Part shown: positions 8,589 through 15,932 of the stretch, piece by piece
Numbering within the stretch: the first letter of the stretch is position 1
How the letters are laid out: every line of letters starts with the position of its first letter
Assembly: GCA_964466295.1 (NCBI GenBank)
Contig: CAYXRC010000003.1
Coordinates: 407 to 64,406 of the forward strand
DNA from: an uncultured Ruminococcus sp.
GTDB lineage: Bacteria > Bacillota > Clostridia > CAKSNL01 > HGM11501
Direction: 5' to 3'
DNA length: 64,000 nucleotides
The notes under the pieces: model-generated
The model's input: the letters and a program-made list of their open reading frames with translations, nothing else
Database searches by the model: none
What the model was told of the DNA's origin: nothing
Made by a program: the position numbers and the translations under genes

Positions 8589-9418
8589 ATGCCTTAGAGA
8601 TAAAAAACCTTACCAAGCATTATAAAGATTTTACTCTTGACAATATAAGCCTTACTCTTCCCGGCGGCTGTATTTTAGGGCTTATCGGTGAAAACGGAGC
8701 CGGAAAAACAACTGCCGTAAAGCTTATGACGGGGATGATTAAAAAAGACGGCGGTCTTATAAGCGTACTCGGAAGGGATGAAAATTCGATTATAAAGGAG
8801 GATATAGGAATCGTCACCGACGATATAGGAATAAGCGGCTGTCTTTCAGCCTTAAAGCTTGAAAAAATCTTAAAAAGGATTTATAAGAACTGGGACTCAG
8901 GTATCTTTCACAACCTTTTAGCGAAGCTTTCGGTTCCCGATAACAAAATATTTTCAGAGCTTTCGCTTGGCACTAAAAAGAAGCTCGCCATTGCCGCCGC
9001 ACTGTCCCATAACGCAAAGCTTTTAATATTTGACGAGGCTACAAGCGGTCTTGACCCGATTGTAAGAGATGAAGTGACGGATATTTTATCTGATTTTACA
9101 AGAAGCGAAGAACACTCCGTTCTTATTTCCTCACATATTGTAAGCGATCTTGAAAAAATATGCGATTATATAGCTTTTATACATAAGGGCAGGCTTTTGC
9201 TTTTTGAAGAAAAAGACAGACTTTATGAAAAGTATGCTTTAATAAGGTGCGGTATAGACGAGCTTTCTTTAATTGATTCCTCATCTGTTATAGGCAAAAG
9301 AGTAAATAATTACGGCGCCGAAGCAATTATCCTTAAGGATAAAGCTCCAATCGGCTTAGATTTAAGCCCAATAGACATAGAAAAGCTTTTTATTTTTATG
9401 GTAAAGGAGATTGATTAA
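8585..9418 (+). CDS. ABC transporter ATP-binding protein
   Basis: Walker A GENGAGKTT, signature LSLGTKKKL, Walker B LLIFDEATSGLD. Confidence 0.9.
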   Translation: MNALEIKNLTKHYKDFTLDNISLTLPGGCILGLIGENGAGKTTAVKLMTGMIKKDGGLISVLGRDENSIIKEDIGIVTDDIGISGCLSALKLEKILKRIYKNWDSGIFHNLLAKLSVPDNKIFSELSLGTKKKLAIAAALSHNAKLLIFDEATSGLDPIVRDEVTDILSDFTRSEEHSVLISSHIVSDLEKICDYIAFIHKGRLLLFEEKDRLYEKYALIRCGIDELSLIDSSSVIGKRVNNYGAEAIILKDKAPIGLDLSPIDIEKLFIFMVKEID

Positions 9419-9421
9419 TTT

Positions 9422-10021
9422 ATGAAGGGTCTTATCTTAAAGGATTTTTACGTTTTTTCAAAATACTTAAGGTCGTCCGTTTTAGTTACATTGATTTTTG
9501 CTCTCATTTTTCTTCAGTCGGGAAGCCTATTCTATCTCGCTCTTCCCTGCATCATATTCGGCTCTTTTCCCGTAACCTTTTTAAGATACGACGAATTTGA
9601 GCACTGGTGCTCTTATGCTTTAACCTTTCCCGTATCCCGAAGTGAATATGTTTCGGCGAAATATATAGATTCCATTATATACGGGATTATTTGCTCATTC
9701 GTGCTTTCTGTTTTGGGCTTTTTTAAAATGAATTTATCCTTAAAATATTTTCAAGACATATTATCCTACTGTCTTATATTGTCTTTTCTTCCGTTTTCAA
9801 TCACAATGCCGCCTGTCTTAAAATTCGGCGCACAAAGATCACGTATTATATACTTTATCATGGTAGGCGTCTTTTCCGCTTTAAGTACCGCTTTCGAGCT
9901 TGCAAACGGTTTTTTACGCTTTCCCGTCTTCGGCAGTGCCGCAATTTTTACAGCTCTTTTATTAATTTTTGTTTCATCATGGTTTATATCGGTAATTATT
10001 TATAAAAACAAAGAGCTTTAA
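9422..10021 (+). CDS. ABC-2-type integral membrane protein (permease partner)
   Basis: 199 aa with about 6 hydrophobic spans, directly after the ATPase in a ytrA-like operon. No specific motif recognised. Confidence 0.6.
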   Translation: MKGLILKDFYVFSKYLRSSVLVTLIFALIFLQSGSLFYLALPCIIFGSFPVTFLRYDEFEHWCSYALTFPVSRSEYVSAKYIDSIIYGIICSFVLSVLGFFKMNLSLKYFQDILSYCLILSFLPFSITMPPVLKFGAQRSRIIYFIMVGVFSALSTAFELANGFLRFPVFGSAAIFTALLLIFVSSWFISVIIYKNKEL

Positions 10022-10066
10022 AAAAAGGACCTTTCAGAGAAAATTTTCTCTGAAAGGTCCTTTTTT
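10021..10066. terminator. Bidirectional intrinsic terminator
   Basis: Perfect 34-nt palindrome GGACCTTTCAGAGAAAA/TTTTCTCTGAAAGGTCC flanked by A6 and T6. Confidence 0.9.
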
Positions 10067-10093
10067 AATTACCCTTTGGATAGCCGAATATAT

Positions 10094-11374
10094 TTATACC
10101 GCCGCAAAGCCTTTCTCAAGATCGGCTATAATATCGTCAATATGCTCTGTTCCGATTGAAAGACGAATCGTTGCAGGCGTTATACCCTGATCTATGAGTT
10201 CGCTTTCCGAAAGCTGAGAATGAGTCGTGGTTGCCGGATGGATAACAAGGGACTTAACATCCGCAACATTGGCAAGAAGAGAGAATATTTCAAGGTTATC
10301 AATGAAGCGGTGAGCCTCCGCCTGTCCTCCTTTAATTTCAAAGGTAAATATAGACGCACCTCCGTTAGGGAAATATTTCTCATAAAGAGCATGATCCGGA
10401 TGATCCGGAAGTGAGGGATGATTTACCTTGGAAACCTTCGGGTGATTTACCAGATATTCGATAACCTTCTTAGTGTTTTCGGCATGACGTTCAAGCCTAA
10501 GCGAGAGCGTTTCTGTGCCCTGAAGAAGCAAAAATGCCGCAAAAGGAGAAATTGTCGCTCCCTCGTCCCTGAGAAGTATTGCCCGAATATATGTTACAAA
10601 TGCCGCCGAACCTACCGCATCAGCAAAGGATATTCCGTGATAGCTCGGATTAGGCGCCGCTATCGGAGCGTAATTTCCGCTTGCCTTCCAGTCAAATTTA
10701 CCGGAATCTACAATAATTCCGCCGAGAGTTGTTCCGTGTCCGCCTATGAATTTAGTTGCAGAATGTACGACTATATCTGCGCCGTGTTCTATGGGACGAA
10801 TAAGATACGGCGTTCCGAAGGTATTGTCCACAACTACGGGAAGTCCGTGTTTATGCGCTATTTCGGATATTGCGTCTATGTCGGGAATATCGCTGTTGGG
10901 ATTGCCCAGGGTTTCTAAATATACTGCCTTTGTGTTGTCCTTTATTGCTCCCTCAAGCTCGGAAAGATTGTGAGCGTCAACAAATGTGGTTTCTATTCCG
11001 AACTGCGAAAGAGTATGCCTTAAAAGATTATATGTACCGCCGTAAATGGTTTTCTGCGCCACTATGTGATCTCCTGCCTGCGCCAAGGCCTGGATTGTAT
11101 ATGTTATCGCCGCCGCTCCGGAGGCTACCGCAAGGGCTGCAATTCCGCCCTCCAAAGCCGCTATTCTCTTTTCAAAAACGTCCTGGGTGGAATTTGTAAG
11201 TCTGCCGTAAATATTGCCCGGATCCTTTAAGCCGAATCTGTCCGCTGCATGGGCGGAATTTTTAAAAACATACGAAGTTGTTGCATAAATGGGAACCGCT
11301 CTCGCATCCGTTGCGGGATCCGGCTGTTCCTGACCTACATGAAGCTGAAGTGTTTCAAATTTATAATTACTCAT
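10094..11374 (-). CDS. metY: O-acetylhomoserine (thiol)-lyase / OAH sulfhydrylase, PLP-dependent
   Basis: 426 aa. N-terminus FETLQLHVGQEQPDPATDARAVPIY and the PLP-lysine context HSATKFIGGHG are typical of MetY/MetZ-family Cys/Met-metabolism enzymes. Confidence 0.9.
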   Translation of the reverse strand: MSNYKFETLQLHVGQEQPDPATDARAVPIYATTSYVFKNSAHAADRFGLKDPGNIYGRLTNSTQDVFEKRIAALEGGIAALAVASGAAAITYTIQALAQAGDHIVAQKTIYGGTYNLLRHTLSQFGIETTFVDAHNLSELEGAIKDNTKAVYLETLGNPNSDIPDIDAISEIAHKHGLPVVVDNTFGTPYLIRPIEHGADIVVHSATKFIGGHGTTLGGIIVDSGKFDWKASGNYAPIAAPNPSYHGISFADAVGSAAFVTYIRAILLRDEGATISPFAAFLLLQGTETLSLRLERHAENTKKVIEYLVNHPKVSKVNHPSLPDHPDHALYEKYFPNGGASIFTFEIKGGQAEAHRFIDNLEIFSLLANVADVKSLVIHPATTTHSQLSESELIDQGITPATIRLSIGTEHIDDIIADLEKGFAAV

Positions 11375-11555
11375 TTTATTTACCTCTTTCTTAATTTTTT
11401 ATATAAGTTTTATATTTGTAATTAGCCCAAGCCGTCACATTCGGCCGTTCCTGAAATTTGCCCTTAAAAGAAGCTCAAAGTATTTAGTCATGAAAAACCT
11501 CCGTCTAAAATTATAACCGGAAAACTCCGACGGAATTTCCCGGTTAAAAGCAATG

Positions 11556-11578
11556 CTTAAAAAGGCGGCAACCGCCTT
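11556..11578 (-). terminator. Intrinsic terminator inside the metY leader (candidate attenuator)
   Basis: RNA AAGGCGG-UUG-CCGCCUU followed by UUU, starting 8 nt after the leader-ORF stop codon. Confidence 0.65.
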
Positions 11579-11586
11579 GGTTTGCT

Positions 11587-11685
11587 CTAATCTAAGGAAT
11601 ACATCGGGAAAAAGATACAGAAAAATTTCACCATGCATACACACATACACATTATCATATATCTACCGTTACACATGTTTTTCAT
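11587..11685 (-). CDS. 32-codon Met/Cys-rich leader ORF (MKNMCNGRYMIMCMCVCMVKFFCIFFPMYSLD)
   Basis: Hand translation. GGGAGG SD 8 nt before the ATG; 7 Met and 5 Cys in 32 codons. Sits between the promoter and the terminator upstream of metY. Below the ORF-track size cut-off. Confidence 0.5.
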   Translation of the reverse strand: MKNMCNGRYMIMCMCVCMVKFFCIFFPMYSLD

Positions 11686-11711
11686 AGTGTCTTCCTCCCG
11701 TTCTTTTATCA

Positions 11712-11761
11712 CCTACTTAGTAGGTTGGTATTATATTACCATACTTTACTTATCTTGTCAA
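11712..11761 (-). promoter_or_regulatory. metY promoter (TTGACA-17-TAATAT with TGn extension) plus CCTACT-T-AGTAGG palindrome at the predicted +1
   Basis: -35 at 11756-11761, -10 at 11733-11738, palindrome at 11712-11724. Confidence 0.65.
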
Positions 11762-11789
11762 TAGGTTTTTTTAATTTTTTTATAAAAAA

Positions 11790-11826
11790 ATAACCTCCGA
11801 AAAATCTTTGATTTTTCGGAGGTTAT
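11790..11826. terminator. Strong hairpin terminator ending the feo operon
   Basis: 16-bp stem ATAACCTCCGAAAAAT/ATTTTTCGGAGGTTAT with a 5-nt loop. The A7 on the + strand gives a U-run for the - strand transcript. Confidence 0.85.
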
Positions 11827-11838
11827 TTAAAAGGGATT

Positions 11839-12024
11839 TTATTTACTCTTTTTTGATTTTTCTTTGCACATTTCCTTCATGGCACAGCCTGTACAGCCGC
11901 AGCCGCACGAGGTCTTTCCTCTCCTTTCATTTCTTAAAAGAGAGCAGGCGGCCGCCGTCAGAAGAGCAAGCAGTAAAATGCTTAAAATGATTGTCGAAAA
12001 ATATTTTATTAACCAATCCGTAAT
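11839..12024 (-). CDS. FeoB-associated Cys-rich small membrane protein (start codon uncertain, possibly ATT)
   Basis: Hand translation: ...TDWLIKYFSTIILSILLLALLTAAACSLLRNERRGKTSCGCGCTGCAMKEMCKEKSKKSK, i.e. one TM span plus a CGCGCxGC tail. AAGGAGG lies just after the feoB stop. There is no in-frame ATG or GTG near the SD. Confidence 0.45.
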   Translation of the reverse strand: MTDWLIKYFSTIILSILLLALLTAAACSLLRNERRGKTSCGCGCTGCAMKEMCKEKSKKSK

Positions 12025-12037
12025 AACCCCTCCTTTA

Positions 12038-14530
12038 TTATTTGCATAAAGAATTTTTCTTGGGCGTTACCGACGGTCTGAAAAGCATATATATCATAAA
12101 CGCCAGTACCGCAAGAGCAAATACTAATCCTGCCCCATTGGCATTATTCGTTAAAAGCATACCGAATTGATTTATCATAAGCGCCGCCGCATATGCGAAC
12201 GCACACTGGTATCCTATGGCAAACCATGTCCATTTTGCGCTGTTCATTTCCCTCTTTATGGCACCGATAGCGGCAAAGCAGGGTGCACACAGAAGATTAA
12301 ATACCAAAAACGAATATGCGCTCACCGGAGTAAAGGCGCCGGAAAGGTTTTCATATAAGGTGCCTGTTCCGCTATAGAGTATTCCCATCGTCCCGACAAT
12401 ATTTTCCTTAGCAATAAGCCCTGTTATCGACGCCACCGCCGCCTGCCAGTTTCCCCAGCCGAGAGGCGTAAATAGCCATGCTATCATATTTCCTATGCCT
12501 GCCAGTATACTTTTATCAATTTGCTCTTCGGAAAGCATGGTAAAGTGTCCGTCCACAAAGCCGAAATACGTTGTAAACCAAACGACAACCGTGGAAAGCA
12601 TAATAATTGTTCCTGCTTTTTTAATAAACGACCATCCGCGCTCCCACATACTGCGCAGAACATTTATAAAAGTAGGCATATGGTAGCTGGGAAGCTCCAT
12701 AACAAAGGGAGCCGGATCTCCTTTAAACATCTTAGTCTTTTTAAGAATAATACCTGATATTATAATTGCCGCCATACCGATAAAATACGCCGATGTGGCA
12801 ACCCATGCCGAGCCATTGAATACGGCTCCGGCTATCATTGCAATAAAAGGTACCTTTGCCCCACAGGGGATAAAAGTGGTGGTAATAATCGTCATTTTAC
12901 GATCCCGGTCGTTTTCAATAGTCCGTGACGCCATGATGCCCGGAACTCCGCATCCTGTTCCTATAAGCATAGGAATAAACGATTTCCCCGAAAGACCGAA
13001 TTTCTTAAATACTCTGTCAAGCACGAATGCAATACGGGACATATAGCCGCACGCTTCCAAAAATGCCAGCATAAAAAACAGAACAAGCATCTGAGGCACA
13101 AATCCCAATACCGCTCCGACTCCGGCGACAATTCCGTCTAATATAAGCCCTTTGAGCCAGTCGGCGCAGTTTATTTTGTCAAGCCCTGTTTCTATGAGTA
13201 CCGGGATACCGCTTATCCAGATACCGTAATCTTCAGGAGCAGGTTCCATAAAGCTAAAATCTTTATATACCTCAACAGCGTCCAGCAATTCTTCATAGGT
13301 TGCCGACACCTCTTCCTCCGCCATAGTTTCCTCATCCGTAACAAAATAGGTACCGCCGCAGAGTCCTTTTACGCTTTCTGCAAATTCATAGAGTGCGGCT
13401 TCTGCGCTTTCTTTGTTAAAGTCAATATCCTCATTATCCAGCGCTTCTTTTACATTGTCTGTATTAATCCCATTTCCCTCCGCAAACTCAATATAGCCTT
13501 TAACGGTATTTTCCGCGGCATCAAATTCATCTTTTGCTTCATTGTAAGAAGCTGATCCGATACCAAGAAAATGCCATCCGTCGCCAAACAGCCCGTCGTT
13601 TGCCCAATCGGTAGCCGTCAGACCGAAAGAAACCATTGATATGTAATATACAAGGAACATTATAACCGCAAAAATCGGCAGTCCAAGCCATCTGTTTGTT
13701 ACAATTTTGTCTATTTTATCAGACAGGGTAAGGTTCCCCAAATTTTTCTTTTTGTAACAGCCTTTTAAAACCTCGGATATATAAATATATCTTTCGTTTG
13801 TAATTATGCTCTCCGAATCGTCGGAAAGCTCTTCCTCTGCTGCCTGAATATCCTTTTCTATATGCGACATTATATCCTTCGGTATGCTAAGGGATTCTGT
13901 CGCCTTTTCATCTCGCTCGAAAATCTTTATAGCATACCATCTTTGCTTCTCCTCCGGCATATCATGAAGCACAGACTCCTCAATATGAGCCAGTGCATGC
14001 TCCACAGTTCCGGAAAAATTGTGCATAGGTACGGTTTTTCCGTTTTCTGCGGCTTCAATTGCCGCTTTTGCGGCTTCGGAAACTCCCGTCCCCTTTAATG
14101 CGGAAATTTCAACTATTTTAAGACCAAGCCTTTCGGATAGCTCCGATATATTGATTTTATCGCCGTTCTTTTTTACAATATCCATCATATTGATTGCTGC
14201 GACAACAGGAATGCCAAGCTCTGTAAGCTGTGTTGTAAGATAAAGGTTACGCTCAAGATTTGTTCCGTCAATAATGTTTAATATCACGTCCGGACGCTCA
14301 TTTATAAGATAATTTCTTGCGACTACCTCCTCTAATGTATAAGGAGAGAGCGAGTAAATTCCGGGGAGATCCGTAACCGTAACTCCTTCGTGTTTTTTAA
14401 GCTTCCCTTCCTTTTTTTCAACCGTAACTCCCGGCCAGTTTCCGACAAACTGATTTGAGCCTGTCAGTGCATTAAACAGTGTTGTTTTACCGCAGTTTGG
14501 ATTTCCGGCAAGTGCAATTTTAATATTCAT
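12038..14530 (-). CDS. feoB: Ferrous iron transporter FeoB (830 aa, with an enlarged extracytoplasmic loop)
   Basis: N-terminal G domain GNPNCGKTTLFNALTG...DLPGIYSL...NMMD, followed by a polytopic membrane domain with the gate motif region LEACGYMSRIAFVLD. Confidence 0.95.
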   Translation of the reverse strand: MNIKIALAGNPNCGKTTLFNALTGSNQFVGNWPGVTVEKKEGKLKKHEGVTVTDLPGIYSLSPYTLEEVVARNYLINERPDVILNIIDGTNLERNLYLTTQLTELGIPVVAAINMMDIVKKNGDKINISELSERLGLKIVEISALKGTGVSEAAKAAIEAAENGKTVPMHNFSGTVEHALAHIEESVLHDMPEEKQRWYAIKIFERDEKATESLSIPKDIMSHIEKDIQAAEEELSDDSESIITNERYIYISEVLKGCYKKKNLGNLTLSDKIDKIVTNRWLGLPIFAVIMFLVYYISMVSFGLTATDWANDGLFGDGWHFLGIGSASYNEAKDEFDAAENTVKGYIEFAEGNGINTDNVKEALDNEDIDFNKESAEAALYEFAESVKGLCGGTYFVTDEETMAEEEVSATYEELLDAVEVYKDFSFMEPAPEDYGIWISGIPVLIETGLDKINCADWLKGLILDGIVAGVGAVLGFVPQMLVLFFMLAFLEACGYMSRIAFVLDRVFKKFGLSGKSFIPMLIGTGCGVPGIMASRTIENDRDRKMTIITTTFIPCGAKVPFIAMIAGAVFNGSAWVATSAYFIGMAAIIISGIILKKTKMFKGDPAPFVMELPSYHMPTFINVLRSMWERGWSFIKKAGTIIMLSTVVVWFTTYFGFVDGHFTMLSEEQIDKSILAGIGNMIAWLFTPLGWGNWQAAVASITGLIAKENIVGTMGILYSGTGTLYENLSGAFTPVSAYSFLVFNLLCAPCFAAIGAIKREMNSAKWTWFAIGYQCAFAYAAALMINQFGMLLTNNANGAGLVFALAVLAFMIYMLFRPSVTPKKNSLCK

Positions 14531-14579
14531 CCAAAATCCCCTTCTTTTATATTAGTTTAGACTAACTCATATTTAAAAT

Positions 14580-14801
14580 TTATTCTATCTCTATTATTTC
14601 TGCGTCGGCCTTACGAAGCGAAAGCTCGTATCCTCGGACTGTTATTTCAATAGGATCTCCTAATGGTGCGACCTTGCGTATATAAATATCCGTGCCCTTC
14701 GTGATTCCCATATCCATAATCCTTCGTTTAACAGCCCCCTCTCCGTTTATCTTTACCACCCTGACCGTATCGCCGATTTTTGCCTGTCTTAATGTATTCA
14801 T
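14580..14801 (-). CDS. feoA: FeoA-family protein
   Basis: 73 aa. L..A..G....V..I.G.....RR..DMG...G pattern of the FeoA SH3-like domain. Confidence 0.85.
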   Translation of the reverse strand: MNTLRQAKIGDTVRVVKINGEGAVKRRIMDMGITKGTDIYIRKVAPLGDPIEITVRGYELSLRKADAEIIEIE

Positions 14802-14858
14802 TCATACACCACTCTCCTTAATTTTTAATAATTTTTTTTAATCCGTACTTTTAAGGAT

Positions 14859-15071
14859 TTACACCATAATCTTACGTGCCATTTCCTCGCTTACGGCTAT
14901 ACGCGCTTCCTTTACATTTACAATTACATTACCGTTTAAGGCATTTATTACCTTAACTCTTCCCCCGACCGCAAATCCTAAATTTTCAAGATGCTTTTTA
15001 ATTTCAGGATTTCCTCCTATCTTTTTTATAACATTATCTTCACCGGCTAAAGCCATTGACAGCGGCATCAT
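14859..15071 (-). CDS. feoA: FeoA-family protein (second copy)
   Basis: 70 aa. LENLGFAVGGRVKVI...NVIVNVKEARIAVSEEMARKI is FeoA-like. First gene of the feoA-feoA-feoB operon. Confidence 0.8.
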   Translation of the reverse strand: MMPLSMALAGEDNVIKKIGGNPEIKKHLENLGFAVGGRVKVINALNGNVIVNVKEARIAVSEEMARKIMV

Positions 15072-15118
15072 ATTTATCCTCCATTCTTTAAGAATATTTC
15101 ATATATCCCAGAAAAGTA

Positions 15119-15161
15119 GTTAGTATTCACTAACCTATGCCAGTTAGTTTAACATAACTAA
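15119..15161. promoter_or_regulatory. Two TTAGT/ACTAA inverted repeats (candidate DtxR/MntR-family operators) over the feo promoter
   Basis: GTTAGT-ATTC-ACTAAC at 15119-15134 and TTAGTT-TAACAT-AACTAA at 15144-15161. The second overlaps the spacer and -10 of a - strand TTGACA(15172-15177)-17-TAAACT promoter. Confidence 0.55.
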
Positions 15162-15203
15162 TCGGTTTTGTCAAGACATTATTTGGATTTTTTTATCATC
15201 AGT

Positions 15204-15232
15204 TTGACATTATCCTTAATTGGTGATATAAT
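15204..15232 (+). promoter_or_regulatory. Consensus sigma-A-type promoter of the DtxR-family regulator gene
   Basis: TTGACA (15204-15209), 17 nt, TATAAT (15227-15232), with TGA immediately upstream of the -10. Confidence 0.7.
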
Positions 15233-15288
15233 TATTAAAAACCTTTAGCGAAATGTCCGAAATCAATACTTTTACGGAGTAAACTGCC

Positions 15289-15657
15289 ATGAAAATAATG
15301 GAATCTGCTGAAAATTATCTTGAAGCCATTTTAATGATAGGTCTAAAAAAGGGTCATGTACGCAGCATAGACATAGCTAATCAACTTAATTTCTCAAAAG
15401 CCAGCGTATCTGTTGCAATGAAGCATTTTCGGGAGGAAGGCTATATTTCAATGGATTCCGACGGAGAGATTACACTTACCCCAAGCGGCAAACAAATAGC
15501 AGAGCGTGTATACGAACGGCACCGGATAATTGCAAAAGCTTTAATTGCTCTGGGTGTCGATGAGGATACTGCATATAAAGACAGCTGCAAAATCGAACAC
15601 GATATAAGTGATGAGAGCTTTGAGAAAATAAAAGAGCACCTGGCAAAGCACCTATAA
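15289..15657 (+). CDS. DtxR/MntR-family metal-dependent transcriptional regulator (no SH3 domain)
   Basis: 122 aa. ENYLEAILMI....G.VRSIDIANQLNFSKASVSVAMKHFREEGYI plus a dimerisation helix with metal-ligand-like residues. Divergent from the feo operon. Confidence 0.85.
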   Translation: MKIMESAENYLEAILMIGLKKGHVRSIDIANQLNFSKASVSVAMKHFREEGYISMDSDGEITLTPSGKQIAERVYERHRIIAKALIALGVDEDTAYKDSCKIEHDISDESFEKIKEHLAKHL

Positions 15658-15659
15658 TA

Positions 15660-15712
15660 TATATTTAAAAATAAAAGCCTGCCCCGGCACGAAAATTGTC
15701 AAGGCAGGCTTT
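15660..15712 (+). repeat. 53-nt terminator-containing direct repeat, copy A
   Basis: TATATTTAAAAATAAAAGCCTGCCCCGGCACGAAAATTGTCAAGGCAGGCTTT. By hand alignment, 51/53 identical to 18627-18679. Contains the stem AAAGCCTGCC/GGCAGGCTTT. Confidence 0.85.
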
Positions 15713-15721
15713 ATAGTATTC

Positions 15722-15798
15722 ATAGCGAATAGATTTTCTTTCTGTGTGGTTTTTTTGTGGTAATTAAACTATAACACAAAAAATCTTCTATTCGCTAT
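15722..15798. repeat. 77-nt imperfect inverted repeat (long hairpin) upstream of the GH3 promoter
   Basis: Outer arms ATAGCGAATAGA (15722-15733) and TCTATTCGCTAT (15787-15798). Inner arms TTTTTGTG and CACAAAAA. Confidence 0.7.
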
Positions 15799-15861
15799 AC
15801 TTTTATTAAATGTGTAACATATCTATTCTACAACAAAAGTCGAAAATATAGGTATAAACAG

Positions 15862-15890
15862 TTGACGATAAGCATCAATTATGGTATAAT
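15862..15890 (+). promoter_or_regulatory. GH3 gene promoter
   Basis: TTGACG (15862-15867), 17 nt, TATAAT (15885-15890), with a TGg extension. Confidence 0.65.
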
Positions 15891-15932
15891 TTTATAATAA
15901 AAAATGCTATATTGAGTATGAGGTGATATGAA

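Noticed and set aside
11435-11650. Tracked 71-aa ORF (MYVCMHGEIF...) in the metY leader.
   Set aside because: It has no SD before its ATG, runs straight through the intrinsic terminator and downstream hairpins, and is out of frame with the SD-led 32-codon ORF. It is most likely a chance ORF in leader RNA.
11375-11761. Expected a SAM-I (S-box) riboswitch or a Met T-box upstream of metY.
   Set aside because: Reading the - strand leader, I found neither the S-box core (…GAGGGA.UGGCCC…GCAACC…) nor the T-box sequence (…GGGUGGUACCGCG…). This is absence by eye only and should be confirmed with Infernal.
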